Below are positions 1 to 8,664 of a stretch of 64,000 nt of DNA, piece by piece; position 1 is the stretch's first letter; each line of letters opens with the position of its first letter. Below the pieces are notes generated by a model. It was not told the DNA's origin. It did not search any database and was given only the letters and a program-made list of their open reading frames with translations. A program made the translations under genes and the position numbers. The stretch is from Candidatus Nomurabacteria bacterium (GTDB taxonomy: Bacteria > Patescibacteriota > Minisyncoccia > Phycocordibacterales > UBA9973). The stretch lies in contig JAPLXQ010000006.1 in NCBI GenBank assembly GCA_026395995.1, positions 18,983 through 82,982 on the forward strand, read 5' to 3'.

Positions 1-789
1 GCTGCAGTGCAGGCGGGAGTACTCCAAGGTGATGTGCGTGATGTTTTGCTCCTCGATGTTATTCCACTTTCACTCGGTATTGAAACACTCGGAGGTGTGG
101 CTACAAAATTAGTTGAAAGAAATACAACTATTCCATCAAGTAAATCACAAACATTTTCTACAGCAGCCGATAATCAGACAAGTGTTGAAATCCATATCGT
201 TCAAGGTGAGAGACCAATGGCTTCAGATAATAAAAGTTTAGGACGATTTATTTTGGACGGAATTCCACCAGCACCACGCGGTATGCCACAAGTTGAAGTT
301 TCTTTCGATGTTGATGCAAACGGAATCTTAAATGTTACAGCAAAAGATAAAGCTTCAGGAAAAACTCAAACAATTAAAATCGAAGCAAGTTCAGGATTGA
401 AAGATGAAGATATAAAGAAGATGCAAGCTGATGCTGAACTCCATGCTGATGAAGATAAACAAAAGAAAGAATTAGCTGAAATAAAAAATTCTTGTGAAAT
501 GACTATTTACTCTGCAGAAAAAGCGCTCAAAGATAATGAAGCAAAAATTCCAGCAGATGTAAAAGATGGAGTGAATGCAAAAATCACAGCACTTCGCGGA
601 TTGAAAGATGGCACAGATTTACCAGCTATTCAAAAAGCTCTCGAAGAACTTTCTACAGAAATGTCCAAGATCGGTGAAGCTATGAGTAAAGCAGGTGCAG
701 AAGCTCCAGCTGGAGGCGCTCCAGAAGAACAAGCCACAGAAGTAAAAGGTGAAGAAGTAAAGCCAGAAGGTGAAGAACCAAAAGCGTAA
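1..789 (+). CDS. dnaK: Molecular chaperone DnaK (Hsp70), C-terminal substrate-binding and lid region; the 5' end lies outside the window
   Basis: Translation of the 7..789 ORF, whose frame is open from base 1, contains canonical Hsp70 substrate-binding-domain segments ([94 protein letters not shown]) and an acidic lid/tail. Confidence 0.92.
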   Translation, partial: AAVQAGVLQGDVRDVLLLDVIPLSLGIETLGGVATKLVERNTTIPSSKSQTFSTAADNQTSVEIHIVQGERPMASDNKSLGRFILDGIPPAPRGMPQVEVSFDVDANGILNVTAKDKASGKTQTIKIEASSGLKDEDIKKMQADAELHADEDKQKKELAEIKNSCEMTIYSAEKALKDNEAKIPADVKDGVNAKITALRGLKDGTDLPAIQKALEELSTEMSKIGEAMSKAGAEAPAGGAPEEQATEVKGEEVKPEGEEPKA

Positions 790-806
790 TTAAAAAAATA
801 AACAAC

Positions 807-884
807 AAAGAGTTTTTCGAGCTGGTCTGGCGCCGACTGTCCTAAGATAGGAGGCGAGAACCGAGGACCCGAGAAAAACTCTTT
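807..884 (+). other. GC-rich structured element between dnaK and the next gene: an 11-bp perfect inverted repeat (AAAGAGTTTTT / AAAAACTCTTT) enclosing a ~56-nt GC-rich loop with an internal hairpin (TCCTAagaTAGGA), followed by a T-tract. Possible long-stem terminator or small structured RNA
   Basis: Inverted repeat read directly at 807-817 and 874-884. The inner region (gagctggtctggcgccgactgtcctaagataggaggcgagaaccgaggacc) is far more GC-rich than surrounding intergenic DNA. A T-run follows at 881-890. Confidence 0.35.
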
Positions 885-919
885 TTGTTTTATTTTTACA
901 TGTTATAATTAAACCATCT

Positions 920-3019
920 ATGGAACCAACACAATTCCCAGAAAATAAAGATATTACATATTTAGGTGAGACTACTTTTAGAAACAAAAATCAACTTTTT
1001 GGTATTAAAAGAAAAGATCGTCGCCAACATGTCTATGTTCTCGGAAAATCTGGAACAGGTAAATCAGCCTTACTTACAAATATGGTTATGCAAAACATTA
1101 TCAATGGAGATGGTGTTTGTGTTGTCGATCCTCACGGAGAATTGGTTGAAGATATCGTAGCGGCTATTCCTCCACATCGTATGAAAGATGTCGTCTACTT
1201 TAATCCAGCTGATACCGATTATCATATTGGTCTAAATGTACTCGAACTTATTGATCCTCAATACAAGCATCTTGTCGCATCAGGACTGATGGGAATCTTC
1301 ACAAAAATTTGGGCAAATGTTTGGTCTGCTCGTATGGAATACATTTTGAACAATGCAATTTTGGCTTTGCTTGAGACTCCAGGCACGACACTCCTTGGTG
1401 TCACTAGAATGCTCGTAGATAAACCATATAGAAAAACAATTGTTGATAATATCAAAGATCCTATCGTAAAAGGTTTTTGGGTAAATGAATATGACACTTG
1501 GCAAGATAAATTTCGTAATGAAGCTATTACTCCGATTCAAAACAAGGTCGGACAATTTCTTTCTAGCTCTATTGTTCGTAATGTCGTCGGTCAATCAAAA
1601 AGTACAATCAATCTTTTTGAAATAATGAATGAAAGAAAAATTTTCCTTGTAAACGTTTCAAAGGGACGTATCGGTGAAGACAATTCTGCTTTGCTCGGAG
1701 GTATGCTAATTACAAAAATCCAGCTCGCTGCGATGGAGCGTGTTCGTATTCTAGAAGATCAACGTAAAGACTTTTATTTATATGTCGACGAATTCCAAAA
1801 TTTCGTGACAGACTCTTTTGCAAACATTCTTTCTGAAGCTAGAAAATATCGTTTAAATTTGACTGTCGCACACCAATACACTGCTCAGCTCGTATCTGCA
1901 AATGGTTCAGCTGTACGTGATGCTGTTTTCGGTAACGTCGGAACGATGATTGTGTTTCGTGTCGGTGCTGAAGATGCAGACTTTTTGGAAAAAGAATTCG
2001 AACCAGAATTTATGGCACAAGATATTGTGTCTTTACCAAACTATCGAATTTATTTGAAGCTTATGATTGACGGAGTCACATCTCGTCCATTTTCTGCTAA
2101 AACTTTACCACCTATGGTGACAAAGAGAAATTTACAAACAGAACAAGAAGTAATAGATATTTCCAGAAAACTTTATGCTCGACCTAGAGAAATTGTCGAA
2201 GGTGAAATTAGTGAATGGAGTGGAATGTTTTTAAATCTTTCCGCTGCTACAGCACCAAAAGGTGGAAAAGAAATAGAACAATTTCCAGTGAAATGTTCTA
2301 TTTGTGCCAAAGATACTCTTGTACCATTCAAGCCAGAACCAGGACGACCTGTCTATTGTAAAGATTGTATTGCCAAAATGAAAGAAGGTACTTTGAAACC
2401 TTTACCTTTTACAGCACCCAAAATAGTAGAAGAAAAGAAAATTGAAGCTCCTATTCAAAAAACTATAAATGAAGTAAAAATACCTGTAATCACTCCGCCA
2501 ATACCAGCACAAATAGCGTTTAAACCAGCTTATAAAGATCCATTAAGTCCTACACCAGCACCAATTGCACCAAAACCAGCATATCAAGCTACTCAAAACC
2601 AGCCTTTTAAACCAGCTCTACAACAACCAATACAAACTATCCAAAAACCAATACCTCAAAATAATGCCTTGAAAGATGTTTTAGCTAAAGCTATGACTGA
2701 AAAGAAAGTCGAGCAACCAGTACAACCAAAAATATTTATTCCAACAGTTCAACCCACACCAGCACCTGTTTCTTTGGATTCATTAAAGAGTCAGACAAAT
2801 TCTTTACCAAATAATTTTCCAAAAGATAAAGGAGCTAGTAGTGATGATATGAATAAATTTAAAGATTTTATTACTGAAAAAGTATCACAACCACAAACAC
2901 CACCCACCACTCCTCAACAAAAAGAAGAAATAAAAACCTCACCCCAACTCTCTCCTGAAAAGGCGAGGGAGACAGTCAAAGAAGTCCCTGAAGACGTCTT
3001 GCTAAAAATCTTAGAATAA
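920..3019 (+). CDS. P-loop NTPase of the HerA/FtsK/TraD-like (DUF87-type) superfamily with a C-terminal CxxC...CxxC zinc ribbon and a long Pro/Gln-rich low-complexity tail
   Basis: Walker A GKSGTGKS near the N-terminus; Walker B-like hhhhDE ([11 protein letters not shown]). No N-terminal TM helix. C-terminal [32 protein letters not shown] zinc-ribbon motif, then repeats FKPAYKDP / [20 protein letters not shown]. Confidence 0.6.
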   Translation: MEPTQFPENKDITYLGETTFRNKNQLFGIKRKDRRQHVYVLGKSGTGKSALLTNMVMQNIINGDGVCVVDPHGELVEDIVAAIPPHRMKDVVYFNPADTDYHIGLNVLELIDPQYKHLVASGLMGIFTKIWANVWSARMEYILNNAILALLETPGTTLLGVTRMLVDKPYRKTIVDNIKDPIVKGFWVNEYDTWQDKFRNEAITPIQNKVGQFLSSSIVRNVVGQSKSTINLFEIMNERKIFLVNVSKGRIGEDNSALLGGMLITKIQLAAMERVRILEDQRKDFYLYVDEFQNFVTDSFANILSEARKYRLNLTVAHQYTAQLVSANGSAVRDAVFGNVGTMIVFRVGAEDADFLEKEFEPEFMAQDIVSLPNYRIYLKLMIDGVTSRPFSAKTLPPMVTKRNLQTEQEVIDISRKLYARPREIVEGEISEWSGMFLNLSAATAPKGGKEIEQFPVKCSICAKDTLVPFKPEPGRPVYCKDCIAKMKEGTLKPLPFTAPKIVEEKKIEAPIQKTINEVKIPVITPPIPAQIAFKPAYKDPLSPTPAPIAPKPAYQATQNQPFKPALQQPIQTIQKPIPQNNALKDVLAKAMTEKKVEQPVQPKIFIPTVQPTPAPVSLDSLKSQTNSLPNNFPKDKGASSDDMNKFKDFITEKVSQPQTPPTTPQQKEEIKTSPQLSPEKARETVKEVPEDVLLKILE

Positions 3020-3033
3020 CTAAAATATACATT

Positions 3034-3681
3034 ATGTCCAAAAATTACTATGAAATACTAGGGGTAAATAAAAGTGCTTCAAAAGACGAGCTGAAAACAG
3101 CTTTTCGTAAATTGGCGCACCAGCACCATCCAGATAAAAATAAAGGAGATGATAAGAAATTCAAAGAAATAAATGAAGCTTATCAAACTCTTTCAGATGA
3201 TACAAAGCGTGCTCAATACGACAGATTCGGTTCTGGGTATCAAAATATGGGAGGTGGTGGCGGACAACAATATCAAGGTGGCTTCGGCGGCGGTTTTGAA
3301 GGTTTCGACTTTTCTGGTTTTCAAGGTGGTGGTGGAGCAGAATTCGACTTGAATGATATTTTCGCAGATTTTTTTGGAGGTGCACGTGGCTACAAACGTA
3401 CACCAAAAGGTAGAGACATGCAGACAGAAATAGAAATATCTATGATAGATGCAATTCTCGGTGCTGAGAGAAAAATAATTATTACCGGCCATAAAGAAAT
3501 AAAAATTTCTATTCCATCAGGAATTCATGATGGTCAAATGTTAAAAATGACAGGTATGGGAGAAGTCATAAAAGATGGAAAATCAGGAGATCTATATATT
3601 AAAGTCTATATAAAAGTACCAACCAAGATATCCAAAAAGGCTCGTGAACTGCTTGAGGAGCTTAAAAAAGAGGGGATTTAA
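3034..3681 (+). CDS. DnaJ-like J-domain co-chaperone, short form: J domain + Gly/Phe-rich linker + a single C-terminal beta-sandwich domain, lacking the CxxCxGxG zinc-finger repeats
   Basis: N-terminal [32 protein letters not shown] with the HPD motif; G/F-rich stretch [29 protein letters not shown]. No cysteine repeats. C-terminal [12 protein letters not shown]...[10 protein letters not shown] resembles DnaJ CTD. Confidence 0.75.
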   Translation: MSKNYYEILGVNKSASKDELKTAFRKLAHQHHPDKNKGDDKKFKEINEAYQTLSDDTKRAQYDRFGSGYQNMGGGGGQQYQGGFGGGFEGFDFSGFQGGGGAEFDLNDIFADFFGGARGYKRTPKGRDMQTEIEISMIDAILGAERKIIITGHKEIKISIPSGIHDGQMLKMTGMGEVIKDGKSGDLYIKVYIKVPTKISKKARELLEELKKEGI

Positions 3682-3696
3682 TGCTATAATCAAAAC

Positions 3697-4554
3697 ATGA
3701 AAAAAGGGAGGATATTTTTCTTAATATTTCTATTAGCTTTTTCTTTTAGCGATAGAATTTCATTTGCGCAAAATTCTTCAAATGCAGGATTTATACCTAG
3801 TAATATTTGGTATTCCAAAGATCCTTTTGAGGAAGGAGATAATGTTAAAATTTATACCCTGGTTTTCAATCCTGATTCAAGGCAACTTTCAGGTTCAGTT
3901 TTATTTTTTGACAATGATGTATTACTAGGTAAAAAGACTTTTGTCGCTGGAGCGAGCCAGGTAGCCCAAGTCGGTCTATCTTGGAAAGCTACACTCGGTG
4001 ATCATGTGATTTTTGCTAAAATAGAAAATACTAAATTTTTAACTTCTTCAGGTTCCTCAGTCGATGTTTATTTGGCTGAAAATGAATCTGATAAAAGTAA
4101 ACGTACAGTCAATAAAAAAATACTCAATCAAGTAAACGACAGCATCTCTAATGCTAAAGACACTGCTCAGTCTGTAGCCACATCAGCTGATACACAGGCC
4201 ACTAGTATCGCTAATACAATCAAAGAGAAAACGCCAGATTTTATTGCCAAACCAATTTTGTATGTAGCCAATGGTATAGAATCATTCCGTGAATCGACAG
4301 ATAATAAAATTTCAAATACAAAAGATAAAATAAAAGCTGATATTCAAAAGATAAAAGATAGCGTCAATGGTACTACTGCTAATGCAAAAACTTCTGGTAA
4401 GAATGCATTGAGTAAGCCATTTGAATATGTAAAATTATTCTTTACTGCCATATTGTCTGCTATTTTAGATTTTAAAATATTATTCTATGGGCTTTCTGCT
4501 CTGCTTTTATTTTTTATTTTTAGATTTATTTGGAGGAAAATTTTTGGGAAATAG
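3697..4554 (+). CDS. Hypothetical secreted / membrane-anchored protein (N-terminal signal peptide, C-terminal hydrophobic helix)
   Basis: MKKGRIFFLIFLLAFSFSDRISFAQ signal-like N-terminus; Ser/Thr/Asn/Lys-rich body; C-terminal hydrophobic segment LFFTAILSAILDFKILFYGLSALLLFFIF. Confidence 0.45.
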   Translation: MKKGRIFFLIFLLAFSFSDRISFAQNSSNAGFIPSNIWYSKDPFEEGDNVKIYTLVFNPDSRQLSGSVLFFDNDVLLGKKTFVAGASQVAQVGLSWKATLGDHVIFAKIENTKFLTSSGSSVDVYLAENESDKSKRTVNKKILNQVNDSISNAKDTAQSVATSADTQATSIANTIKEKTPDFIAKPILYVANGIESFRESTDNKISNTKDKIKADIQKIKDSVNGTTANAKTSGKNALSKPFEYVKLFFTAILSAILDFKILFYGLSALLLFFIFRFIWRKIFGK

Positions 4555-4555
4555 T

Positions 4556-4807
4556 ATGAAATTAAGAATTCTTTCATCAATAATACTCTTGTTTTCTATA
4601 CTTTTTCTACCATTTTGGGTGTCTGTAATTTTAGCCTTAATTGGTATGTTTTTATTTTTCTTTTTTTTCGAAGTTGCTATTATAATGTTAATTTCAGATT
4701 TATTTTTTGGTCTGTCCAGTAAAAATATATTTACTACATTCATTATTTTTATTATCCTTTTATTCCTAATTGAATTTTTAAAGAAAAAAATGAAATTTTA
4801 TAAATAA
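4556..4807 (+). CDS. Small polytopic membrane protein (hypothetical); start trimmed to the first ATG after the upstream stop
   Basis: The 4487..4807 ORF overlaps the upstream gene. The internal ATG at 4556 gives MKLRILSSIILLFSILFLPFWVSVILALIGMFLFFFFF..., which is almost entirely hydrophobic. Confidence 0.35.
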   Translation: MKLRILSSIILLFSILFLPFWVSVILALIGMFLFFFFFEVAIIMLISDLFFGLSSKNIFTTFIIFIILLFLIEFLKKKMKFYK

Positions 4808-4810
4808 AAA

Positions 4811-6511
4811 ATGATTAGAAGAATTTTAAAAAACAAAAGAACAAAAAATGCTAACTCATATGTAGACCCAGATGAGATTTTTCTCGATTCTCAAAATATT
4901 GGTAATTTTGATGTTCAACAATTTGAAGGACGTATCGAGCGACCCGTCTCTAAAAAAACAGTATTTTTTCTTGGAACTTTCTTTATTATTTGTGGAATTT
5001 TGTTTTTAAGTCGACTTGGTTTTTTGCAAATTCAAAAAGGTGAAGCCTATTTTCAAAGAAGTGAAAATAATACCTTAGATAAAAAAATCCTATTTGCTGA
5101 TAGAGGTATTATATTTGATCGAAATAAAAAACAATTGGCTTGGAATGTAAAAGATGAGACGGTAGGAGAATTTGCCTCTCGTAAGTATCTAGAAAATGGA
5201 TTTTCTCACATTATCGGATACTTGTCTTATCCAGCCAAAGATAAGGCTGGTAATTATTGGCGAGAAAGTTTTACCGGTAAAGACGGAATAGAAAAACAAT
5301 ATGATGCACGACTCCAAGGTGTGAACGGGGTTAAAATCGTGGAAAACGATGTTCATGGCAAAGTCTATTCTGAAAATGTCGTAAATGCACCAGTCCGAGG
5401 AGCTGATTTAGATTTATCTCTTGATTCACGAATTCAAACAAAATTATTTTCTTCTATCAAAACTTTGTCTGAACAAATTCCTTTCAAAGGTGGAGCGGGG
5501 ATGATTATTGATGTGACTAATGGAGAAATAATTGCGAGTGTTTCTTATCCTGAATATGATTCAGCAATTCTTGCCAGTGGAAAAGATGTCGCTGTTATTA
5601 ATGGATATTTAAATGATAAAAGACAAGTCTTTATGGATAGAACTCTTTCTGGTCTTTATACACCGGGATCTATCGTCAAGCCGATCGTCGCCTTGGGTGC
5701 TTTGCAAGAAAAAGTAATTGATCCATTAACAAAGATTCTTTCCACTGGATCTATTTCAATTCCAAACCCATATGATAAAACAAAAGAGACGGTCTTCAAA
5801 GACTGGCGTGCGCAAGGATGGGTAAATATGCGAGACGCTATTGCCGTATCTTCCGACGTTTATTTTTATGAAATCGGAGGAGGTTTCCAAAGTCAAAAAG
5901 GTCTCGGTATTGCTAATATAGAAAAATATTCAAGAATGTTTGGTATTGGTGAAAAAACTGGAGTAGATATGCCTGATGAAAAAAGCGGAGTCATCCCTAG
6001 TCCAGAATGGAAAGCAATTCATTTTCCGACTGATGCAGCTTGGAGAGTGGGAGATACCTATCACACAGCCATTGGACAGTATGGATACCAAGTCACACCA
6101 ATACAAATGGTTCGAGCGATAGGTGCTGTCGCGAATTATGGAAATCTTGTGACTCCACATTTTTTATTAAATGATAGTCTAAAAAATTCTCAAGTTTCAA
6201 AAATAGATTTGAATCGAGATTATTTTAATGTTGTCCACGAAGGAATGAGGCAAGGAGTACTCGCTGGTACGACTGTCGCCTTGAACGTACCTTATGTACA
6301 AGTCGCTGCAAAGTCTGGTACGGCTCAGCTCGGTGTCGCGAAAAACAAAGTAAACTCTTGGGTGACAGGATTTTTCCCTTATGATCATCCGCATTATGCT
6401 TTTATCGTGATGATGGAAGCTGGACCAAAGACAAATGGAGTGGGAGGTACAGCAGTTATGCGTGAACTCTTGGACTATATGTCCACCGATACCCCTGAGT
6501 ATTTTAAGTAG
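4811..6511 (+). CDS. Penicillin-binding protein 2 / peptidoglycan D,D-transpeptidase (PBP2/FtsI class)
   Basis: N-terminal TM anchor, then transpeptidase motifs: SxxK (GSIVKP), SxN-like (SSDVYFY) and KTG-like (AKSGTAQ). Length 566 aa. Confidence 0.85.
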   Translation: MIRRILKNKRTKNANSYVDPDEIFLDSQNIGNFDVQQFEGRIERPVSKKTVFFLGTFFIICGILFLSRLGFLQIQKGEAYFQRSENNTLDKKILFADRGIIFDRNKKQLAWNVKDETVGEFASRKYLENGFSHIIGYLSYPAKDKAGNYWRESFTGKDGIEKQYDARLQGVNGVKIVENDVHGKVYSENVVNAPVRGADLDLSLDSRIQTKLFSSIKTLSEQIPFKGGAGMIIDVTNGEIIASVSYPEYDSAILASGKDVAVINGYLNDKRQVFMDRTLSGLYTPGSIVKPIVALGALQEKVIDPLTKILSTGSISIPNPYDKTKETVFKDWRAQGWVNMRDAIAVSSDVYFYEIGGGFQSQKGLGIANIEKYSRMFGIGEKTGVDMPDEKSGVIPSPEWKAIHFPTDAAWRVGDTYHTAIGQYGYQVTPIQMVRAIGAVANYGNLVTPHFLLNDSLKNSQVSKIDLNRDYFNVVHEGMRQGVLAGTTVALNVPYVQVAAKSGTAQLGVAKNKVNSWVTGFFPYDHPHYAFIVMMEAGPKTNGVGGTAVMRELLDYMSTDTPEYFK

Positions 6512-6619
6512 AAATAGCTAAAATACTCTTAAATATCAAGGTATTAACTCTATTGACAAATAGGTGTATTTTATGCTATACTTGTAATGTAGTTCATTAA
6601 ATTTAAAAAATTCAGAAAT

Positions 6620-7096
6620 ATGAAAAAGAGATCTTTTTTAAACAAAGTTGGTGTTTTTTTTGGTGGAATTTTTGCAACCAAAGCGAGTTCGTATAGTTTC
6701 GATTATTTACTTTATCCATTAGCTATCCATTATCTTGGACTAGAATGGGGATTTGTAGTCATGCTGTTACTATCTTTTGTTTTAAATTATCTTTTCATCC
6801 TTCTGTATAATTCAACACAGAGAGATATCTTTGGTTTTGAAAAACTAAAAGAATTAAAAGATAAAACAACAAAAGAAAGTAAATCTTTTATCGCCCGATT
6901 AGTGGGTATGGGTTACGTGATGACTTTCATTGCATTGTCATTCTATGATCCATTCTTTGCAGTATTGTGGTTCCGGAAATCTACCAAGTTTGATAAAATG
7001 ACCAAAAGTGATTGGAAAATCTTAACGATTAGTACAATCATCGGAAATCTTATTTGGGCACCGATGGTATTCGGAGCACTTAAAATCTTCGAATAA
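6620..7096 (+). CDS. Hypothetical integral membrane protein
   Basis: Multiple hydrophobic helices (VGVFFGGIFATKA, FVVMLLLSFVLNYLFILLY, VMTFIALSFYDPFFAVLWF, ILTISTIIGNLIWAPMVFGAL). No recognisable catalytic motif. Confidence 0.4.
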   Translation: MKKRSFLNKVGVFFGGIFATKASSYSFDYLLYPLAIHYLGLEWGFVVMLLLSFVLNYLFILLYNSTQRDIFGFEKLKELKDKTTKESKSFIARLVGMGYVMTFIALSFYDPFFAVLWFRKSTKFDKMTKSDWKILTISTIIGNLIWAPMVFGALKIFE

Positions 7097-7107
7097 GTAA
7101 AACTAAA

Positions 7108-7137
7108 TTGCTCAGCTAATTAGCTGAGCAATTTTTA
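7108..7137 (+). terminator. Rho-independent terminator: 12-bp perfect palindrome TTGCTCAGCTAATTAGCTGAGCAA followed by TTTTTATTT
   Basis: Perfect hairpin read directly 12 nt after the stop of the 6620..7096 gene, followed by a T-tract. Confidence 0.8.
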
Positions 7138-7322
7138 TTTAATCAAAAATTAAACTCCACTGTGGATGGAATTGAACTGTTAAATTTATGGATTTTTGGA
7201 GATAGGTATCTACTCCGAATTCCATTAATACAATTACTTCCAAGTGTTCACTGATTTCTGTACAATTTTCGATACCAACATAATAATATCGATTTTGTTT
7301 TTCTTCTTTTTGTAATGATTGC

Positions 7323-7481
7323 TCAAAAAAGAAGTATACATCCCAATCTTTTTTTTAGGAAAAGTCCGGCCATTCCGCAAATTCCATCACAAATCCCTTC
7401 AATTGGTAATTTATGTTCTGTCTTCTGTGCTTCACAATTAATACAAATTAAAGAAAATAAGGTAAAGATCACTTTTTTCAT
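7323..7481 (-). CDS. Small (52 aa) Cys-containing secreted-peptide candidate, absent from the supplied ORF track because it is under 60 aa: MKKVIFTLFSLICINCEAQKTEHKLPIEGICDGICGMAGLFLKKRLGCILLF
   Basis: ATG at 7481 and TGA at 7323 on the minus strand, translated by hand. Signal-peptide-like N-terminus, a GICDGICG motif and an amphipathic C-terminus. It sits in the ORF-free gap upstream of the YcaO locus. Confidence 0.3.
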   Translation of the reverse strand: MKKVIFTLFSLICINCEAQKTEHKLPIEGICDGICGMAGLFLKKRLGCILLF

Positions 7482-7538
7482 AATATTAATTTTTAAAACT
7501 TTGTTTATAGTTTATCATTGTTTATCTAAAAGTCAAGA

Positions 7539-7568
7539 TTGACACTGTTTATTTTTATATAGTATCAT
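7539..7568 (+). promoter_or_regulatory. Candidate sigma70-type promoter (TTGACA - N18 - TATCAT) upstream of the small-peptide ORF at 7629
   Basis: TTGACA at 7539-7544 and an AT-rich -10 region at 7556-7568, about 60 nt upstream of the ATG. Confidence 0.3.
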
Positions 7569-7628
7569 TATTATGAATAAACTCATGTAGTGTGAGAGTT
7601 CATTAAGTTCATTTAATCTCTAAAAAAG

Positions 7629-7730
7629 ATGAAAAAGAAAATCTTTAAATCCGTAAAGTTATCTGCCCCAAAAATTGCAATTCCTAAATCAGGAAATTGT
7701 GGTGGAAACTCATGTAAATGCAAGCACTGA
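7629..7730 (+). CDS. 33-aa peptide MKKKIFKSVKLSAPKIAIPKSGNCGGNSCKCKH: candidate RiPP precursor (Lys-rich leader plus Gly/Ser/Cys-rich C-terminal core). Absent from the ORF track
   Basis: Hand translation from ATG 7629 to TGA 7728-7730. A candidate promoter lies upstream and a perfect terminator hairpin directly downstream. Core composition (G/N/S/C) is typical of azol(in)e-type precursors. It is about 0.9 kb upstream of the RRE-YcaO gene on the same strand. Confidence 0.4.
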   Translation: MKKKIFKSVKLSAPKIAIPKSGNCGGNSCKCKH

Positions 7731-7750
7731 TTGCACATAATGCATTGTAA

Positions 7751-7782
7751 AATACACCTATAAATTTAGGTGTATTTTTTTT
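7751..7782. terminator. Bidirectional rho-independent terminator (ACACCTA taaattt TAGGTGT + T8) shared by the convergent small peptide (+) and HExxH peptidase (-) genes
   Basis: Hairpin and T-tract read directly at 7754-7782; A-rich on the other side. Confidence 0.7.
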
Positions 7783-8632
7783 ATTTTCTAAAAAAACTAA
7801 ATATTTGTTTCGGATTTATTTTAAAAAGTTCCAGAAGGGTATTTCCTGACCTACTTATAACTTCGTCAATGAGCCAATAACCAAGACTATATCCATACCA
7901 ATTTTGTAGATTTTTTGTTCCAAAAAAATACGAAAGATAGAAATCAATATTACTATCATCAATAAAAAGATTTAAATCTTTTTCAGATATTATATTAAGT
8001 TCTTTGATAGCATCTTCTTTGTTTAAAGTAGTAGACCATGGGGCACGATTACCACCTACAATAAATTCTCTAAAATGCTCAGCCAATCCTTCATTTACCA
8101 TTCCATCTAAAATGGAATTCCATGAATATTGCGATGTATATGCAAGATGAGCATATTCGTGAGGTATAGTTTCCCTTAAGGATACTTGCCATTTCTCATT
8201 TGTTGTATCAATGAGTAAATACATAATATTTCCTTCAACTATAAAACCATTTACCCCATCTAAGTCTTCACTTGCTTCTTTGTTATAAAGCGGAAGTATA
8301 TAAACGTTAATATTTTTTGTAACAGAAACTGCATTAAAAGATTTTTTAATAATAACTTCAACTATTTTTGAAATAGTTTCAATATGTTCAAATATGTTTA
8401 TGTAAAAAGATTGTTCTGATTCACCAAAAATTTTACGACCGAGATCGTTTTTTAACTTCTCTTCGTTTGAATACTCACCAAGACTAAAATTCGGAGTATT
8501 TTTTATTTGTGTAAAAATGTCCTCTAAAGAAGAAGTTTTTGATTCTGAAGAATGAGGTTGTATATAAAAAAAATCTACTTTTACAGATTTTGATAAATAT
8601 TGACTTTTTATTTTTTCATTGTTATTGTTCAT
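7781..8632 (-). CDS. Putative Zn-dependent peptidase (HExxH...E gluzincin-like; DUF2268-like), cytoplasmic
   Basis: IPHEYAHLAY (HExxH) followed by NEGLAEHF, which supplies the third zinc-ligand Glu. 283 aa, no signal peptide. Divergently transcribed from the YcaO gene with only a 32-bp gap. Confidence 0.55.
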   Translation of the reverse strand: MNNNNEKIKSQYLSKSVKVDFFYIQPHSSESKTSSLEDIFTQIKNTPNFSLGEYSNEEKLKNDLGRKIFGESEQSFYINIFEHIETISKIVEVIIKKSFNAVSVTKNINVYILPLYNKEASEDLDGVNGFIVEGNIMYLLIDTTNEKWQVSLRETIPHEYAHLAYTSQYSWNSILDGMVNEGLAEHFREFIVGGNRAPWSTTLNKEDAIKELNIISEKDLNLFIDDSNIDFYLSYFFGTKNLQNWYGYSLGYWLIDEVISRSGNTLLELFKINPKQIFSFFRK

Positions 8633-8664
8633 ATAAATAAAGTGAACCTTAAAAAATATAATCC

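Noticed and set aside
7161-7172. 12-nt identity (tgtggatggaat) with the T-arm/acceptor region of the tRNA-Ile at 47125-47136, same orientation; this might be an att-type direct repeat of an integrative element
   Set aside because: The intervening 40 kb is core housekeeping (atp operon, aaRS, ribosomal proteins), not an island. The match does not extend to the tRNA 3' end and no integrase is present. It is a probable chance match or old remnant.
7361-7385. GGAAAAGTCCGGCC, resembling the RNase P RNA P4 strand (GGAAAGTCCGGGC)
   Set aside because: It is an isolated 13-nt similarity in AT-rich DNA with no complementary P4 partner or other RNase P helices nearby, and it lies inside the small minus-strand ORF.
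7315-7542. 75-aa plus-strand ORF in the gap upstream of the YcaO locus
   Set aside because: It has low-complexity, repetitive translation (PQIPSQIPS), no start context, and it overlaps the more protein-like 52-aa minus-strand ORF. It is probably a spurious ORF in a regulatory or small-peptide region.
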